Shown: piece by piece, positions 39,577-52,900 of the stretch | How positions within the stretch are numbered: position 1 is the first letter of the stretch | Layout: each line of letters starts with the position of its first letter | NCBI RefSeq assembly: GCF_031769215.1 | Contig: NW_026782082.1 | Location: 1,054,001-1,118,000 of the forward strand | DNA length: 64,000 bases | Reading direction: 5' to 3' | DNA from: Ylistrum balloti | Lineage: Eukaryota | Notes under the pieces: generated by a model | Seen by the model: the letters and a program-made list of their open reading frames with translations, nothing else | The model's database searches: none | What the model was told of the DNA's origin: nothing | Program-made: the position numbers and the translations under genes

Positions 39577-40328
39577 AAATACTCCGTTCTCTCACGAATG
39601 AATGTGACAGTACCTCCAAGTGTTTCCTAAAGTGATACAAACTATGTACCCTTTCACACGATGATACTTTCACTTGAAAACAATGCCGATGAACGATTGC
39701 TTCTTTGTTTTTGGTGAGTCAGACTATAAAGGTGGGTCTTCCGTTTCACAATGAACAAAGCAATAGTAATGTGGCCAACCGGATGAATTAAAACGCCGTG
39801 TGAGTGAAAGCTGGTTCTTTGTCCACGTTGAAATGATACACAAATCTAGACATGAACGCCGGTTAAAACGGAATGTTCAATAAAATGACATTAAATTTAC
39901 AAAACATCAATATATCACAGACAGTATGGCAGTTGACGTAGTCCTGTTAGAGCGCGTGCGGTCATTCCAAATCACAAATCAAAATCATAGTCCTTTATCA
40001 ATATATTTCTAACCTATTTCCCTTAGAGAGTGTGCTCTTGCTCAACGTGTCTAAAGTTGAGCAATTATTGCGATGTGTCCGTCAACGTGTTACAACAGAT
40101 GACGAAATTGGTATAAGCTCGTACTGATTACTCAACGAGCGGTTCACCTACCGGCTATTACGTTGTTTTGAAAAGTCTTGTTTTCGTGTGTTTTACAACT
40201 TCAGATGTTGGTCAATCTTGTTCTTTGTGTTCTTCTTCACTTTCCGGTATCCAGCACACTCTCTTTAGCTCCTTGGGAAGGGCACAATCGTACCAACCCT
40301 CCCCTCAATATCCTTCAGGGTATGCGCT

Positions 40329-40439
40329 GACTGAAGTCGCCATTGTGCTTATTGGCAACGTGTATTGCAAGCCTATATTACGATAAATTAATCCGCGTAA
40401 TTTGCGACGAAACACTAATTCAAAATATGGTGATGCAAT
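40329..40439 (-). promoter_or_regulatory. Candidate Tribbles core promoter: Inr TCAGTC (40334-40329) with a C/EBP-ATF composite site TGATGCAAT (40431-40439, + strand) ~100 bp upstream
   Basis: Inr consensus TCAKTY sits exactly where a long ATG-free stretch of the - strand begins; exact CARE/AARE motif nearby. TSS is inferred. Confidence 0.45.
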
Positions 40440-41318
40440 TAAGACATCACATTAATATTTCATATAAATAATGTATTTCGTTTTCACCTGTATGTTTTAA
40501 CGGCTTATTTTTCTCTGAAAACATTGAAACATACGATGTGCGTAGAAGGACTACTTTTCTACATCCGACGTGCGTTGTTGGTCATTCAAGAAAATTCTCT
40601 ATCGGAACGCCTCGGACATATTGCACAGGTTTGAGTAAAGCTCGCAGTGTCGCCTTTTCATTGGTGGATAATTTTAAATGAGTATTATGACGACAGGGGA
40701 TTCCTTGGGAAATACTACTCACATGCCCATATAAGGATAAAGGGTGTACATATATATGATCTGTATTTGTGACGTTATGCTACGTCACAGTCTTGGTTTC
40801 ATAAACTATGTATTTCCTCATGTTGCGAAAACACAAGAAGAGTAAGCTGTTTACAGCTTGTTAGCAACTTGTAAATACAATAATTGTAAATCTTAAAAGT
40901 ACATGACAAATCATTACTGAACAGATTATTGATAAATACATATAATCAGAGACATTACATAAAGTTTAAGATTTTTTAATTTTTATACACAAGTATGACA
41001 TAATTAAACTATATGAAATAATATATTTTATTTCATAGCACACCGACAAATATACAACGATGTAACAGTCTTTGCATTTTTCATTTATTTCTTTAACAAT
41101 ATTAGGTCATGGAAAAGTAAATTCATGACTCAAATTAATCGTCAATATTGTTTTAGAATTAAGAAGAAATGGAGTGCGATATTTATGACGCATGTTCTAA
41201 AATTCAACAATATTGACTATATATAAATAAGATTTGAAGACAAATAATTCAAATCACATACAAATAAATAAAAGAATAAATAAAGAAATAAGATATTAAT
41301 TAGTTAATTAATAAGCAC

Positions 41319-41395
41319 TAAGTATATTATGCAAATTAGTATATTAAGTAAGTATATTATGCAAATTAGTATATTAAGTAAGTATATTATGCAAA
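41319..41395. repeat. 30-bp tandem repeat x2.5 (TAAGTATATTATGCAAATTAGTATATTAAG)
   Basis: Units start 41319, 41349, 41379. Confidence 0.9.
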
Positions 41396-42604
41396 GTAAA
41401 CCTATATGAGATTATCAATGTAGTTGTTTACCCCTTAAGGGTAGAATGAAGTTCACTAAACAGGAAATGGTTGTGAATAGGACTCGGATAAATACCAACT
41501 CATTAAGATTTACAATTCTTTTATTATGATACCTGGAGATATCTTTTGATAGTGATGTATTATTCTCCACAGGCCTTATCTTACTGTCTGTGTTTGCTAA
41601 TGGCTGACGAGAAACGTGACGACGGGCAGGTTCAGGTTTAGACATTGTATGATGAAATAGGTCTAAATACTGACCAACCACGGATATTTATCAACCTCAC
41701 GTGTTTCCGGATCTCACTTTCATTGAACATTTGTTTCCGATATATATTGCAATATAATTTGGAATGAAATAAAGTTAAGATGTAAGTTGACGCTTATAGC
41801 CCGCGTTTCCTGCAGACAGTAAACCGTTTGACGTACCAGTATTTGTTTTAACGTGCGGATGATATGCGCATCAACAAACCAGTCAACGGTCCACCAAAAT
41901 GTCCAACTTCTAGCGCACGAGCTAAAGGAAACTCGGACTAGATTAAAGTCCTTGGTACAGCCCTTTGCCTAACCGTTATGCATTCGAAACGACGATGGTT
42001 TCAGGTGAACTATTTCGTAATCAATCTGTTACTGTGGTAGTTTTTTTTTCTTTATTTCCAGCACGTATCAGCTGTTTCTCTTAAATTGTATAATGCATAC
42101 ACATTAATTCATGGCTTAAATACAACAGTCCTTCTGTATACACTTTTATCAAGATGTTTTATGTAATAGATAACTGAAGTGTTTATACATATACATCGTC
42201 TGTTTAAGCATCAAGTCTCTTTACGAGTTCGAGATTTTTTGTGGGATTTTACGAGATTTTCTCTGAGATCGTGCGATAAAGATTGATATCTGACCACAAG
42301 ACGGATATCTTGTCACATGAATGATATCTGCATGGTCACATGACTGCTATATGGTCCTCGAACTGAGACTTTGTCACGTGACGGATATGACACGAATGAA
42401 ATCTTGTTACCGGGAAGATATCTGGTCAAGAGGCAAATACTGACAATCACGCACACTTTGGGACTAATATACACGGTCAAGAGAGTGATATCATCTCATG
42501 TGACCAATATGTGGACACATGACTAAATCTGTTGAAATTAATAAGTGGTCACGCACAGGACTTAAATCATGTCACATGACTGATATCACGGGAGTAATGT
42601 TTAA

Positions 42605-42942
42605 ATACAGAGGAATCCCAGATATCTAATCACGTGACTGATATCTTGTCACAGGGTTGATAATTACATAGAGAGGAATCCCAGATATCTAATCACGTGA
42701 CTGATATCTTGTCACCTGAGTAAAATTTACATACAGAGGAATCCCAGATATCTAATCACGTGACTGATATCTTGTCACAGGGTTGATAATTACATAGAGA
42801 GGAATCCCAGATATCTAATCTCGTTACTGATATCTTGTCACTTGAGTAAAATTTACATACAGAGGAATCCCAGATATCTGATCACGTGATTAATATCTTG
42901 TCAAAGGAGCAATATTTACATACAGAGAAATCCCAGATATCT
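42605..42942. repeat. 63-bp tandem repeat x~5.5, alternating A/B variants, containing TCACGTGA
   Basis: GAGGAATC at 42610, 42673, 42736, 42799, 42862 and a variant at 42925. Confidence 0.93.
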
Positions 42943-45900
42943 CCTCAACATGATACCGGTAACTGGTTAAGTTTTTTGTGATTATTGCTTTCGGCACAAC
43001 TTTAGATATGTTAAGAAAACCAAAGCCAACGTCCTGTAACTTGCTATAGGATTTTATGCAGTCATTACAGAAAAAATACATATAACTTTATAATAATTAC
43101 GATATTATTCTTAAATATCGGATGAACATTTTAATTAAATTTTGTATCTACCTATCATAAAAAGACGACGATGACATGGCAGTGTGTTTTTGGTCGTTAA
43201 TGAAAACTAATTTAACATATTGAAATAAGTCTTCAAGAAAATTGGAGAATGCGCTTTTTTAGGTCCGTTGTTAACACGCAGCAATGTGTGAATACTCTCC
43301 GAAAATGAAATACATGGTAGACTAGTTGGCTGCCAGCCTCAAAGTGAAAGTAGAACTATAAATATTAACGACACACGCCTTACATACATATACAAAATTG
43401 CAATAGAAGAGAGAGAAGTAATCTGATGTTTGTTGAATTTATCGGGAACTGCCTGGGTGTTCTTGAGCTAGAGTCTCGTTGTAATAGCTATTTGTTACAT
43501 CACTGAACATCATGCGGGATGTCCGTCGCCTGTTATACGCGTCTGTCCCAATAACACAATCACAGCAACACAGGAAGAGAACTTGACCTTACTTGATACA
43601 GACGTTATGGAGAACTACAATGGGGGCCCGAGATCCTAGAGATAATTGCGTTACCCTCACCTACCATTCATCACCATACTTATGATAGCAAAGTCAAGTT
43701 AGGTAAGCATTCCATGAAATGTCAACGTGTTTGCAATGCCCTTTTAAGACGTTCCTTTCAATATACCGCGTAGCTGACAACGAATGCGTGAGACGTGAGG
43801 TAGACTTCTATTTTAAATCTCTGTACTGCCCACGGTTTGACATATTTCCCTGCATCGCTCAGTCTACAAACTATACACAACTGAATGACGAAGTTTAAAC
43901 ACAGGCCTCTGCTTAAAGCATAGTTATCTCTCTTATTTGATTTCCCATATTAAATTGACAGTAAGAAATATCAATTTATGAACACAATTTGATTTAATTC
44001 CAAACTTTAAACCCTATGTATCATTTACATCTTATATCGATGAAATTTAAGTTTAAAAAGTGGAATATTTAAGCGTAAAACGTAAACATATAGAATACAT
44101 CAAGCTAATAATAGAGACGAGTGCGGACCTGAATTCCGTGTATTGTATAGATCGGTATGTATTCTGAGTAATGTCATAATCTAGGCCACATCTACCTATT
44201 ATATACAGTACGACATGCCTACGGACACTTGTCAACTTTACATAAACCTAAACCATGTTCCTGTTCAATATACAGATAAATTGTGATATTATTCTAATGT
44301 AAAACAGTTGAATATGAATAAAGATAAGATTTTCATCAGGTCAGTGAACTTGTAACTCTCTCTGTATTTAAGTTGATCATTAAAGACTGCAACACTTCTA
44401 TTGAGATTGGGTATAGACGAATCTTAACACAGAAGTCGTGGGTTTGTCATTAATATTGGAATGTAGTTTTTCTTCTCGGTTTTGTTTCCCATGCCCGAGT
44501 ATTACTTTGCACTGGGTTCACTGCACTTTAATATATAAAACTTATTGGCTCGTTCACACTTAAAACATTCCGAGGAGGATTTCATCAACAACTTATCATA
44601 CATGGCGACAATTTATTAATTATCAAATAGATCTACGTGATTTTCTCAATATCTTTTTCTATTTTTTATGAAAAAATCACAACTTCATGTTTCCTGGGCG
44701 TCATCAATACATATTTTTTATCGTGAATGTTTTTGTTGTCATCATCTGTAGTTGTTTACGTGTAGCTGTCATTATGTATCTTATGTAAACAAAATTATTA
44801 TTCTTTGATCATTAAATCGACTGTAAAAAGGGGGAGGGGCGTGACTGACTTGTCCTACTTATATATTGTCCTTGACCCGTTTACTTGAAACGGAAATCCC
44901 TCACGAGTTAACAATAGATAAATCAATATGCGTAGTTGTTGCTAATTAAGGATTATTTAGATAATATATATGTATATATAAAGGAAACCCCTTTTCAATC
45001 TCAACTCAATTCTTTTATTACCTTAGGCCTTACGGCCTATCAGTCACAAAACAATGTAAACAAATTATAGCATGGCGTAACATACATATATAGAGAATGA
45101 CATGTAATATTCCTGTATTTCATACTTAATATTTTATGTTATTATTACTTAATAGTTAATTATGTATTGTTTCTTAGCTTTGTTGCCTCATATATAAACT
45201 TTCCTAGAGAACACAATTCCTTACTACTTTCAACTCTCAATAACTGAATTTATTTAAAAACAGATGGCCTATTCCAGTAATAACGTTTGCTATACATTTC
45301 CCTTAAATCTCTATACCTGTTGCATTCAAAAATAAAATTATACTCATCCTCCACCTGTCCGGTATTACACATATTACAAAAATGTCTTTGTCTTGGGGTA
45401 TCATCATATCGACCAGATTCCCGATGACGTAAAATAAATTCTGTTATTCCGGTTACATTATTAGGGATTAATACAAAACATCAATTTGAAAAAGAACCTT
45501 TGTTCTTGGCATTTCCATTGGCTGTGCGGCGCGTGTAATGTATTGCCAATTTTAATCAAATATATTTGTTCAAATACGTATATGAATGTTTGCAATATAT
45601 TTCACTGTGTCATAAAACGTCCATTGAATTTAAAATGTCATATCTTGTCAGTGACGCTCTATATAAAAAATCACTTTCATGTGCACATTGTATATTGCGA
45701 GTAACTCTGTATTACAATTACTGTATAATTGTATATTGTGGGTTTAAATGTTTTTCTGGAGACTTAAAACAAGGATCTCTTTGCTGTGTTACGATATCAA
45801 AGTAAACTGTTGAGACATCCGTTGTGCACCTTGATAATTGTTTAGCATACAGTCTGACTTTCGCTGCTCCATCGTCCTATATTCTCCTCCGGTCATATTT

Positions 45901-46179
45901 TGGGACGTTTCTAAGAAAGGGTAGTCATGTGTTTTATAGTTGATATCTGTGTGTGTCTGCACAACATTCTCAGTCCTCAATGTCTTTTAAGCACGTACTA
46001 AGCTAGGAATAGAACGCTGTGCAAGGACAAGATATATTTTAATACATGTGTGAGGATATTCAATCTAAAAAGAATAGATATAAGCTCTAAGCTTGTTTTC
46101 CGATCCCATAAGTATCTTATGTGTGTTTTAATTATTGAATATTAAATAAAAATATTGTTTAAATACATGGGGTTTAAAC

Positions 46180-49100
46180 AGCCTTAATTTGGAATATGGC
46201 ACCTAAATGGGATATATAGTGCATTAATTTGGAATATGGCACCTACATGGGGTATATATTGCATTAATTTGTAGTATGGCGCCTACATCGGGTATATAGT
46301 GCCTTAATTTGGAATATGACATCGACATGGGATATATACAGCCTTAATTTGTAATATGGCACCTACATGGGATATATAGTGCCTTAATTTGGAATATGGC
46401 ACCTACACTGAGTAAATACAGCCTTAATTTGGAATATGGCACCTACATGGGATATATAGTGCCTTAATTTGGAATATGGCACACACATGGGTTATAAATA
46501 ACCTTTATTTGGAATATGGCACCTACATGGGATATATAGTGCCTTGATTTGGAATATAGCACACACATTAGATATATACAGCCTTAATTTGGAATATGGC
46601 ACCTACATGGGATATATAGTGCCTTAATTTGGAATATGGCACCTACATTGGATATATAGTGCCTTAATATGGAATATGGCACATACATGGGGTATATAGT
46701 GCCTTAATTTGGAATATAGCACACACATTGGATATATACAACCTTAATTTGGAATATGGCACCTACATGGGATATATAGTGCCTTGATTTGGAATATAGC
46801 ACACACATTAGATATATACAGCCTTAATATGGAATATGGCACACACATGGGGTATATAGTGCCTTAATTTGGAATATGGCACACACATGGTATATATAGT
46901 GCCTTAATATGGAATATGGCACCTACATTGGGTATATAGTGCCTTAATTTGGAATATGGCACCTACATTGGATATATAGTGCCTTAAAATGGAATATGGC
47001 ACCTACATGGGGTATATAGTGCCTTAATTTGGAATATGGCACCTACATGGGATATATAGTGCCTTAATATGGAATATGACACCTACATTGGCTATATAGT
47101 GCCTTAATTTGGAATATGGCATCTACATGGGATATATACAGCCTTAATTTGGAATATGACACCTACATGGGGTATATAGTGCCTTAATTTGTAATATAGC
47201 ACACACATGGGATATATAGTGCCTTAATTTGGAATATGGCACCTACATGGGATATATAGTGCCTTAATTTGGAATATAGCACACACATGGGATATATAGT
47301 GCCTTAATTTGGAATATAGCACCTACATGGGATATATAGTGCCTTAATTTGGAATATGGCACACACATGGGGTATAAATAACCTTTATTTGGAATATGCC
47401 ACCTACATGGGATATATAGTGCCTTGATTTGGAATATAGCACACACATGGGATATATAGTGCCTTAATTTGGAATATAGCACACACATGGGATATATAGT
47501 GCCTTAATTTGTAATATAGCACACACATGGGATATATAGTGCCTTAATTTGGAATATAGCACACACATGGGATATATAGTGCCTTAATTTGGAATATGGC
47601 ACCTACATGGGATATATAGTGCCTTAATTTGGAATATAGCACACACATGGGATATATAGTGCCTTAATTTGGAATATGGCACCTACATGGGTTATAAACA
47701 ACTTTAGTTTAGAATATGGCACCTACATGGGATATATAGTGCCTTAATTTGGAATATGGCACCTACATGGGATATATAGTGCCTTAATTTGGAATATGGC
47801 ACCTACATGGGATATATAGTGCCTTAATTTGGAATATGGCACCTACATGGGATATATAGTGCCTTAATTTGTAATATAGCACACACATGGGATATATAGT
47901 GCCTTAATTTGGAATATAGCACACACATGGGATATATAGTGCCTTAATTTGGAATATAGCACACACACGGGGTATATAGTGCCTTAATTTGGAATATAGC
48001 ACACACATGGGGTATATAGTGCCTTAATATGGAATTTCTGTCACCCCTGTGATTTTTTGTGACTCTTTTTGTAATATCCCACACACATGGGATATATAGT
48101 GCCTTAATTTGGAATATAGCACACACATGGGATATATAGTGCCTTAATTTGGAATATAGCACACACACGGGGTATATAGTGCCTTAATTTGGAATATAGC
48201 ACACACATGGGGTATATAGTGCCTTAATATGGAATATGGCACATACATGGGGTATATATATATGGGATATATAGTGCCTTAATTTGGAATATAGCACACA
48301 CATGGGATATATAGTGCCTTAATTTGGAATATAGCACACACATGGGATATATAGTGCCTTAATTTGTAATATAGCACACACATGGGATATATAGTGCCTT
48401 AATTTGTAATATAGCACACACATGGGATATATAGTGCCTTAATTTGGAATATGGCACCTACATGGGATATGTAGTGCCTTAATTTGGAATATAGCACACA
48501 CATGGGATATATAGTGCCTTAATTTGGAATATAGCACACACATGGGATATATAGTGCCTTAATTTGGAATATGGCACCTACGTGGGATATATAGTGCCTT
48601 AATTTGGAATATGGCACACACATGGGGTATATAGTGCCTTAATTTGGAATATAGCACCTACATGGGATATATAGTGCCTTAATTTGGAATATAGCACACA
48701 CATGGGATATATAGTGCCTTAATTTGGAATATAGCACACACATGGGATATATAGTGCCTTAATTTGGAATATAGCACCCACATGGGATATATAGTGCCTT
48801 AATTTGGAATATAGCACACACATGGGATATATAGTGCCTTAATTTGGAATATAGCACACACATGGGATATATAGTGCCATAAATTGTAATAACGCACCTA
48901 CAATCCATAAGAAGTGGCTAAAGTAAGAATAAAGCACACACATGGGATATATAGTGCCTTAATTTGGAATATGGCACCACATGGGTTATAATAGCACACA
49001 CATATAGGGAATATATAGTGCCTTAATTTGGAATATGGCACCTACATGGGGTATATAGTGCCTTAATTTGTAATATGGCACCTACATGGGGTATATATTG

Positions 49101-49990
49101 CCTTAATATGGAATATGACACCTACATGGGTTATATAGTGCCTTAATTTGGAATATAGCACACACATGGGATATATAGTGCCTTAATTTGGAATATAGCA
49201 CACACATGGGATATATAGTGCCTTAATTTGGAATATAGCACACACATGGGATATATAGTGCCTTAATTTGGAATATAGCACCTACATGGGATATATAGTG
49301 CCTTAATTTGGAATATGGCACCTACATGGGATATATAGTGCCTTAATTTGGAATATAGCACACACATGGGATATATATATATAGTGCCTTAATTTGGAAT
49401 ATAGCACACACATGGGATATATAGTGCCTTAATTTGGAATATAGCACACACATGGGATATATAGTGCCTTAATTTGGAATATGGCACCTACATGGGATAT
49501 ATAGTGCCTTAATTTGGAATATAGCACACACACGGGGTATATAGTGCCTTAATTTGGAATATAGCACACACATGGGGTATATAGTGCCTTAATATGGAAT
49601 ATGGCACATACATGGGGTATATAGTGCCTTAATTTGGAATATGGCACCTACATGGGGCATAAACAACCTTTATTTGGGATATGGCACCTACATGGGATAT
49701 GTAGTGCCTTGATTTGGAATATAGCACACACATGGGATATATAGTGCCTTAATTTGGAATATAGCACACACATGGGATATATAGTGCCTTAATTTGGAAT
49801 ATGGCACGCACATTGGGTATATAGTGCCTTAATTTGGAATATGACACCTACATGGGATATATAGTGTCTTAATTTGGAATATGGCACCTACATGGAGTAT
49901 ATAGTGTCTTAATTTGGAATATGGCACCTACCTGGGGTATATAGTGTCTTAATTTGGAATATGGCACACACATGGGATATATATTGCCTT
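46180..49990. repeat. 40-bp satellite array, ~3.8 kb, ~90-95 copies (GCCTTAATTTGGAATATGGCACCTACATGGGATATATAGT)
   Basis: Strict 40-bp period; main variant TAGCACACACATGG; short interruptions at ~48024-48080 and ~48880-48930. Confidence 0.98.
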
Positions 49991-52900
49991 CTGTGTCTGT
50001 CGTATGATAGTTGGTTCGTCTATATACGTAATAAGGCGCCTACACAAGAAAGTATTTTTTGTACAAATATATGAAAGAAAACGGCTTTCTGTTGAGTTCC
50101 TGGTTGAGAATATTTAATTTTTTTAAACTTTACAAGTGGTAAATCTTATTTATTTATCTATCAAGTTGAAAATTTTCAAATTTAGGATAAGCAGAGGCGT
50201 GCATATATCACATATACATATATATATATATGTCTAACTTGATACTGTTTCTATCGTGTCGTGGGGGGTTGATGGTATTCATTTTAAAAGGACACCAAAC
50301 AGTCTTCCCACCTAGTATATATATATTGATTCAGTCACGAGACGACATGTAACCCGAGTTAATTACAAACACGATGACCGGGCGGTTTATCCGGTTTATA
50401 CCCCACAGTTTCGATATCCGGGTAGCCACGCAGGACGTGGTAAGCGACACTACTCATGGGAGCGGAGTTTTTCCTTGGTTACATCATCACGGGGGTCTTT
50501 TCAATGTCATATTTATCCACAAAACAACGTATAAACAATTACTGCGAGAATTGTTATCGAAAATGCAATGGAACTCTATCATTAGACCGAAGTCTTCCCA
50601 TTTCATTTCTCTCGGATATACCTGAATATCGAGTTGCTGTGCAAGGTCAAGTTTATTTATCACACATACACAATGCACTATATATACCTGTGTACATCAT
50701 TAGATATACATGTAATCTACCTTTAATGGACGGACATGTATATTATTACATAAAATCATGGTAGTGTGGACACGCTTATATCAGTGGTCGATTTAAGTCA
50801 CCAATGTCGTGCACTTTTTTTTAATATAGGTAATTTATACACCTGTCCGGATAAGAGCTCACGATCAGCTAAATATAGAGTTCAAATGCGGGTAATGACA
50901 TCATCACTATTGTTCACAAGTTTAATCAATAAAACACGTGTATTCTGATTTAGATTGATAAGCAATATTTGTATTAGAAGAACACGAACCGGTAGACCTG
51001 CCGATCTATCCCACATTGTGACCTTTGTTAGTTATATAATAATCTCCCCGTCATTACGACCCTGTTACTGACATTGCTTATTAACGACACATTGTTTTTC
51101 ACGAGACATGATGGTAGCTTTATTTATATTTTAACGTAATTAATTTCTTCGGACCTATTTTGATCTCATTAACAGAACAAATCGTACGTTCAACAGCTAA
51201 TCCGTGATACATGTTGCTGTTTTTAACAGGAAAAGAGCCAGACAACACAGAATCCAGAATGGTGGGTTACATCATCTTCATCATCTGTTGTTGGGTTAAA
51301 GCGCGCACTTAGGTCCGTCTCTATCAACTGATTTTACCACCCTTGATATTTATCCGAATATTTTATGAACAATCATTAACATTTTTATCAAAGTCCATTC
51401 TTAACCTCAATCGTGGATGTTATATTCTATTAAGGAATCCCGACGGCTATCTTATTTATTAGACCTAGATACACAGGTGTCTGTGTCCGTGATTTAACGG
51501 TGTTAAATTAACGCCCTCTATATCCAAACTCACAAATATGGCGTATGATACAGACAGCGTCAGCGGTTGGCCCGTGACATTCATGTGACTATAAATGACA
51601 TTTGATTATAAACAATTATAGAGAAGCAGTAGTAGACATAAGCATTAACCTTCAACGGTTATTATAATCACGCGTTTGAGCCTCAATGTCACTTAAAACT
51701 TGATAATATATAAATTGAGTTCCTGTTCCATCGCCTTGTCACCTGTTAACCGCGGTATCGAGAAGGCGATCAGCTCACCTGGCCCGGCCGAACAGGATAC
51801 AGATGGCGGATATTAACCCTCTGTACTCTCTAGGATATTGGTGAACAATTTGAAATGTCAGTGAAGGGTTCATGTACTGTATTATACCGACTGTTTCTGA
51901 CTGACAAATAATACAAAGATAAAATCATTTCCGATTCAGGTCCTTTAATTGTATATAATTTTCAAACTATGTGAAGAGTTGTAAATATAATATCAGGGTG
52001 TGGTGTACAGTTTTCCAGTGTTCCATTTAAATATATTTGAAGCAAAGCTTCTATTAAAAGTATATAACTAAATATATATGTATGTGTATATTTACCTTAT
52101 ATTTTTTTATAATTAAGACCTTGCTAACCGTAACAAATTAAAACTTTTATCATTAAGTGATAGGGGACATGAAACAGAGTATACTTGAAACAGAGATGTG
52201 TAATATATCAACGTAGACGTGTATGTATATAATATATATACAAATCTCCGATGTAAATAAAGAAATTACGCACACTTAATGTTTAGAACGGAAGACAGTG
52301 TCACACACAGGGAAATTGTGTACTACAGAAAAGTGACGATATTCTTGGGAAATGAAAAATAATTTGAAAAGATAGCATGTACATTTGTATCAGAAAATAA
52401 CAATAAAAAAAGATGAAAGAAAGAGGGGGGATAATTTGATAATTAATGCTTTGTATTGTTTTACAAAATGATCGATGAATTGATATATATCTGGAGATTT
52501 ATGAATGAAGGGTCAAATTCTACAAATTTTGTCAACATCAACAAAATATGACGCAAGTCTTGTATTCAACAGACCATTTTATAGCAGTATGATGCAATAC
52601 AGATATAACGAGACGGTAAACAAGGCCGTACTCAGGGTGTCTGTTAAACACATGTTTACGTTACACTTCTGTGATCGGAGAGTGTAGAATGTATGTAGCA
52701 CGTTATGACGTTTACCGAAGACACCTTGTAAACGGATATATCGATGACGGAGGATCGGGTTGGAAATTCAATGGTGTACGATTTGATTGTTCAACTGTGA
52801 AAAAAATCTAATGACCCATTCTTACTACACGGACTTTGACACGTCATAGTGTAGTTCAAACACAGCACGGAGTTAGCTCCCTTCGGATCAATGATGCAAT

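Noticed and set aside
46180-49990. Array of SRF/MADS CArG boxes (CCTTAATTTGG)
   Set aside because: Seven A/T bases between CC and GG, not the required six.
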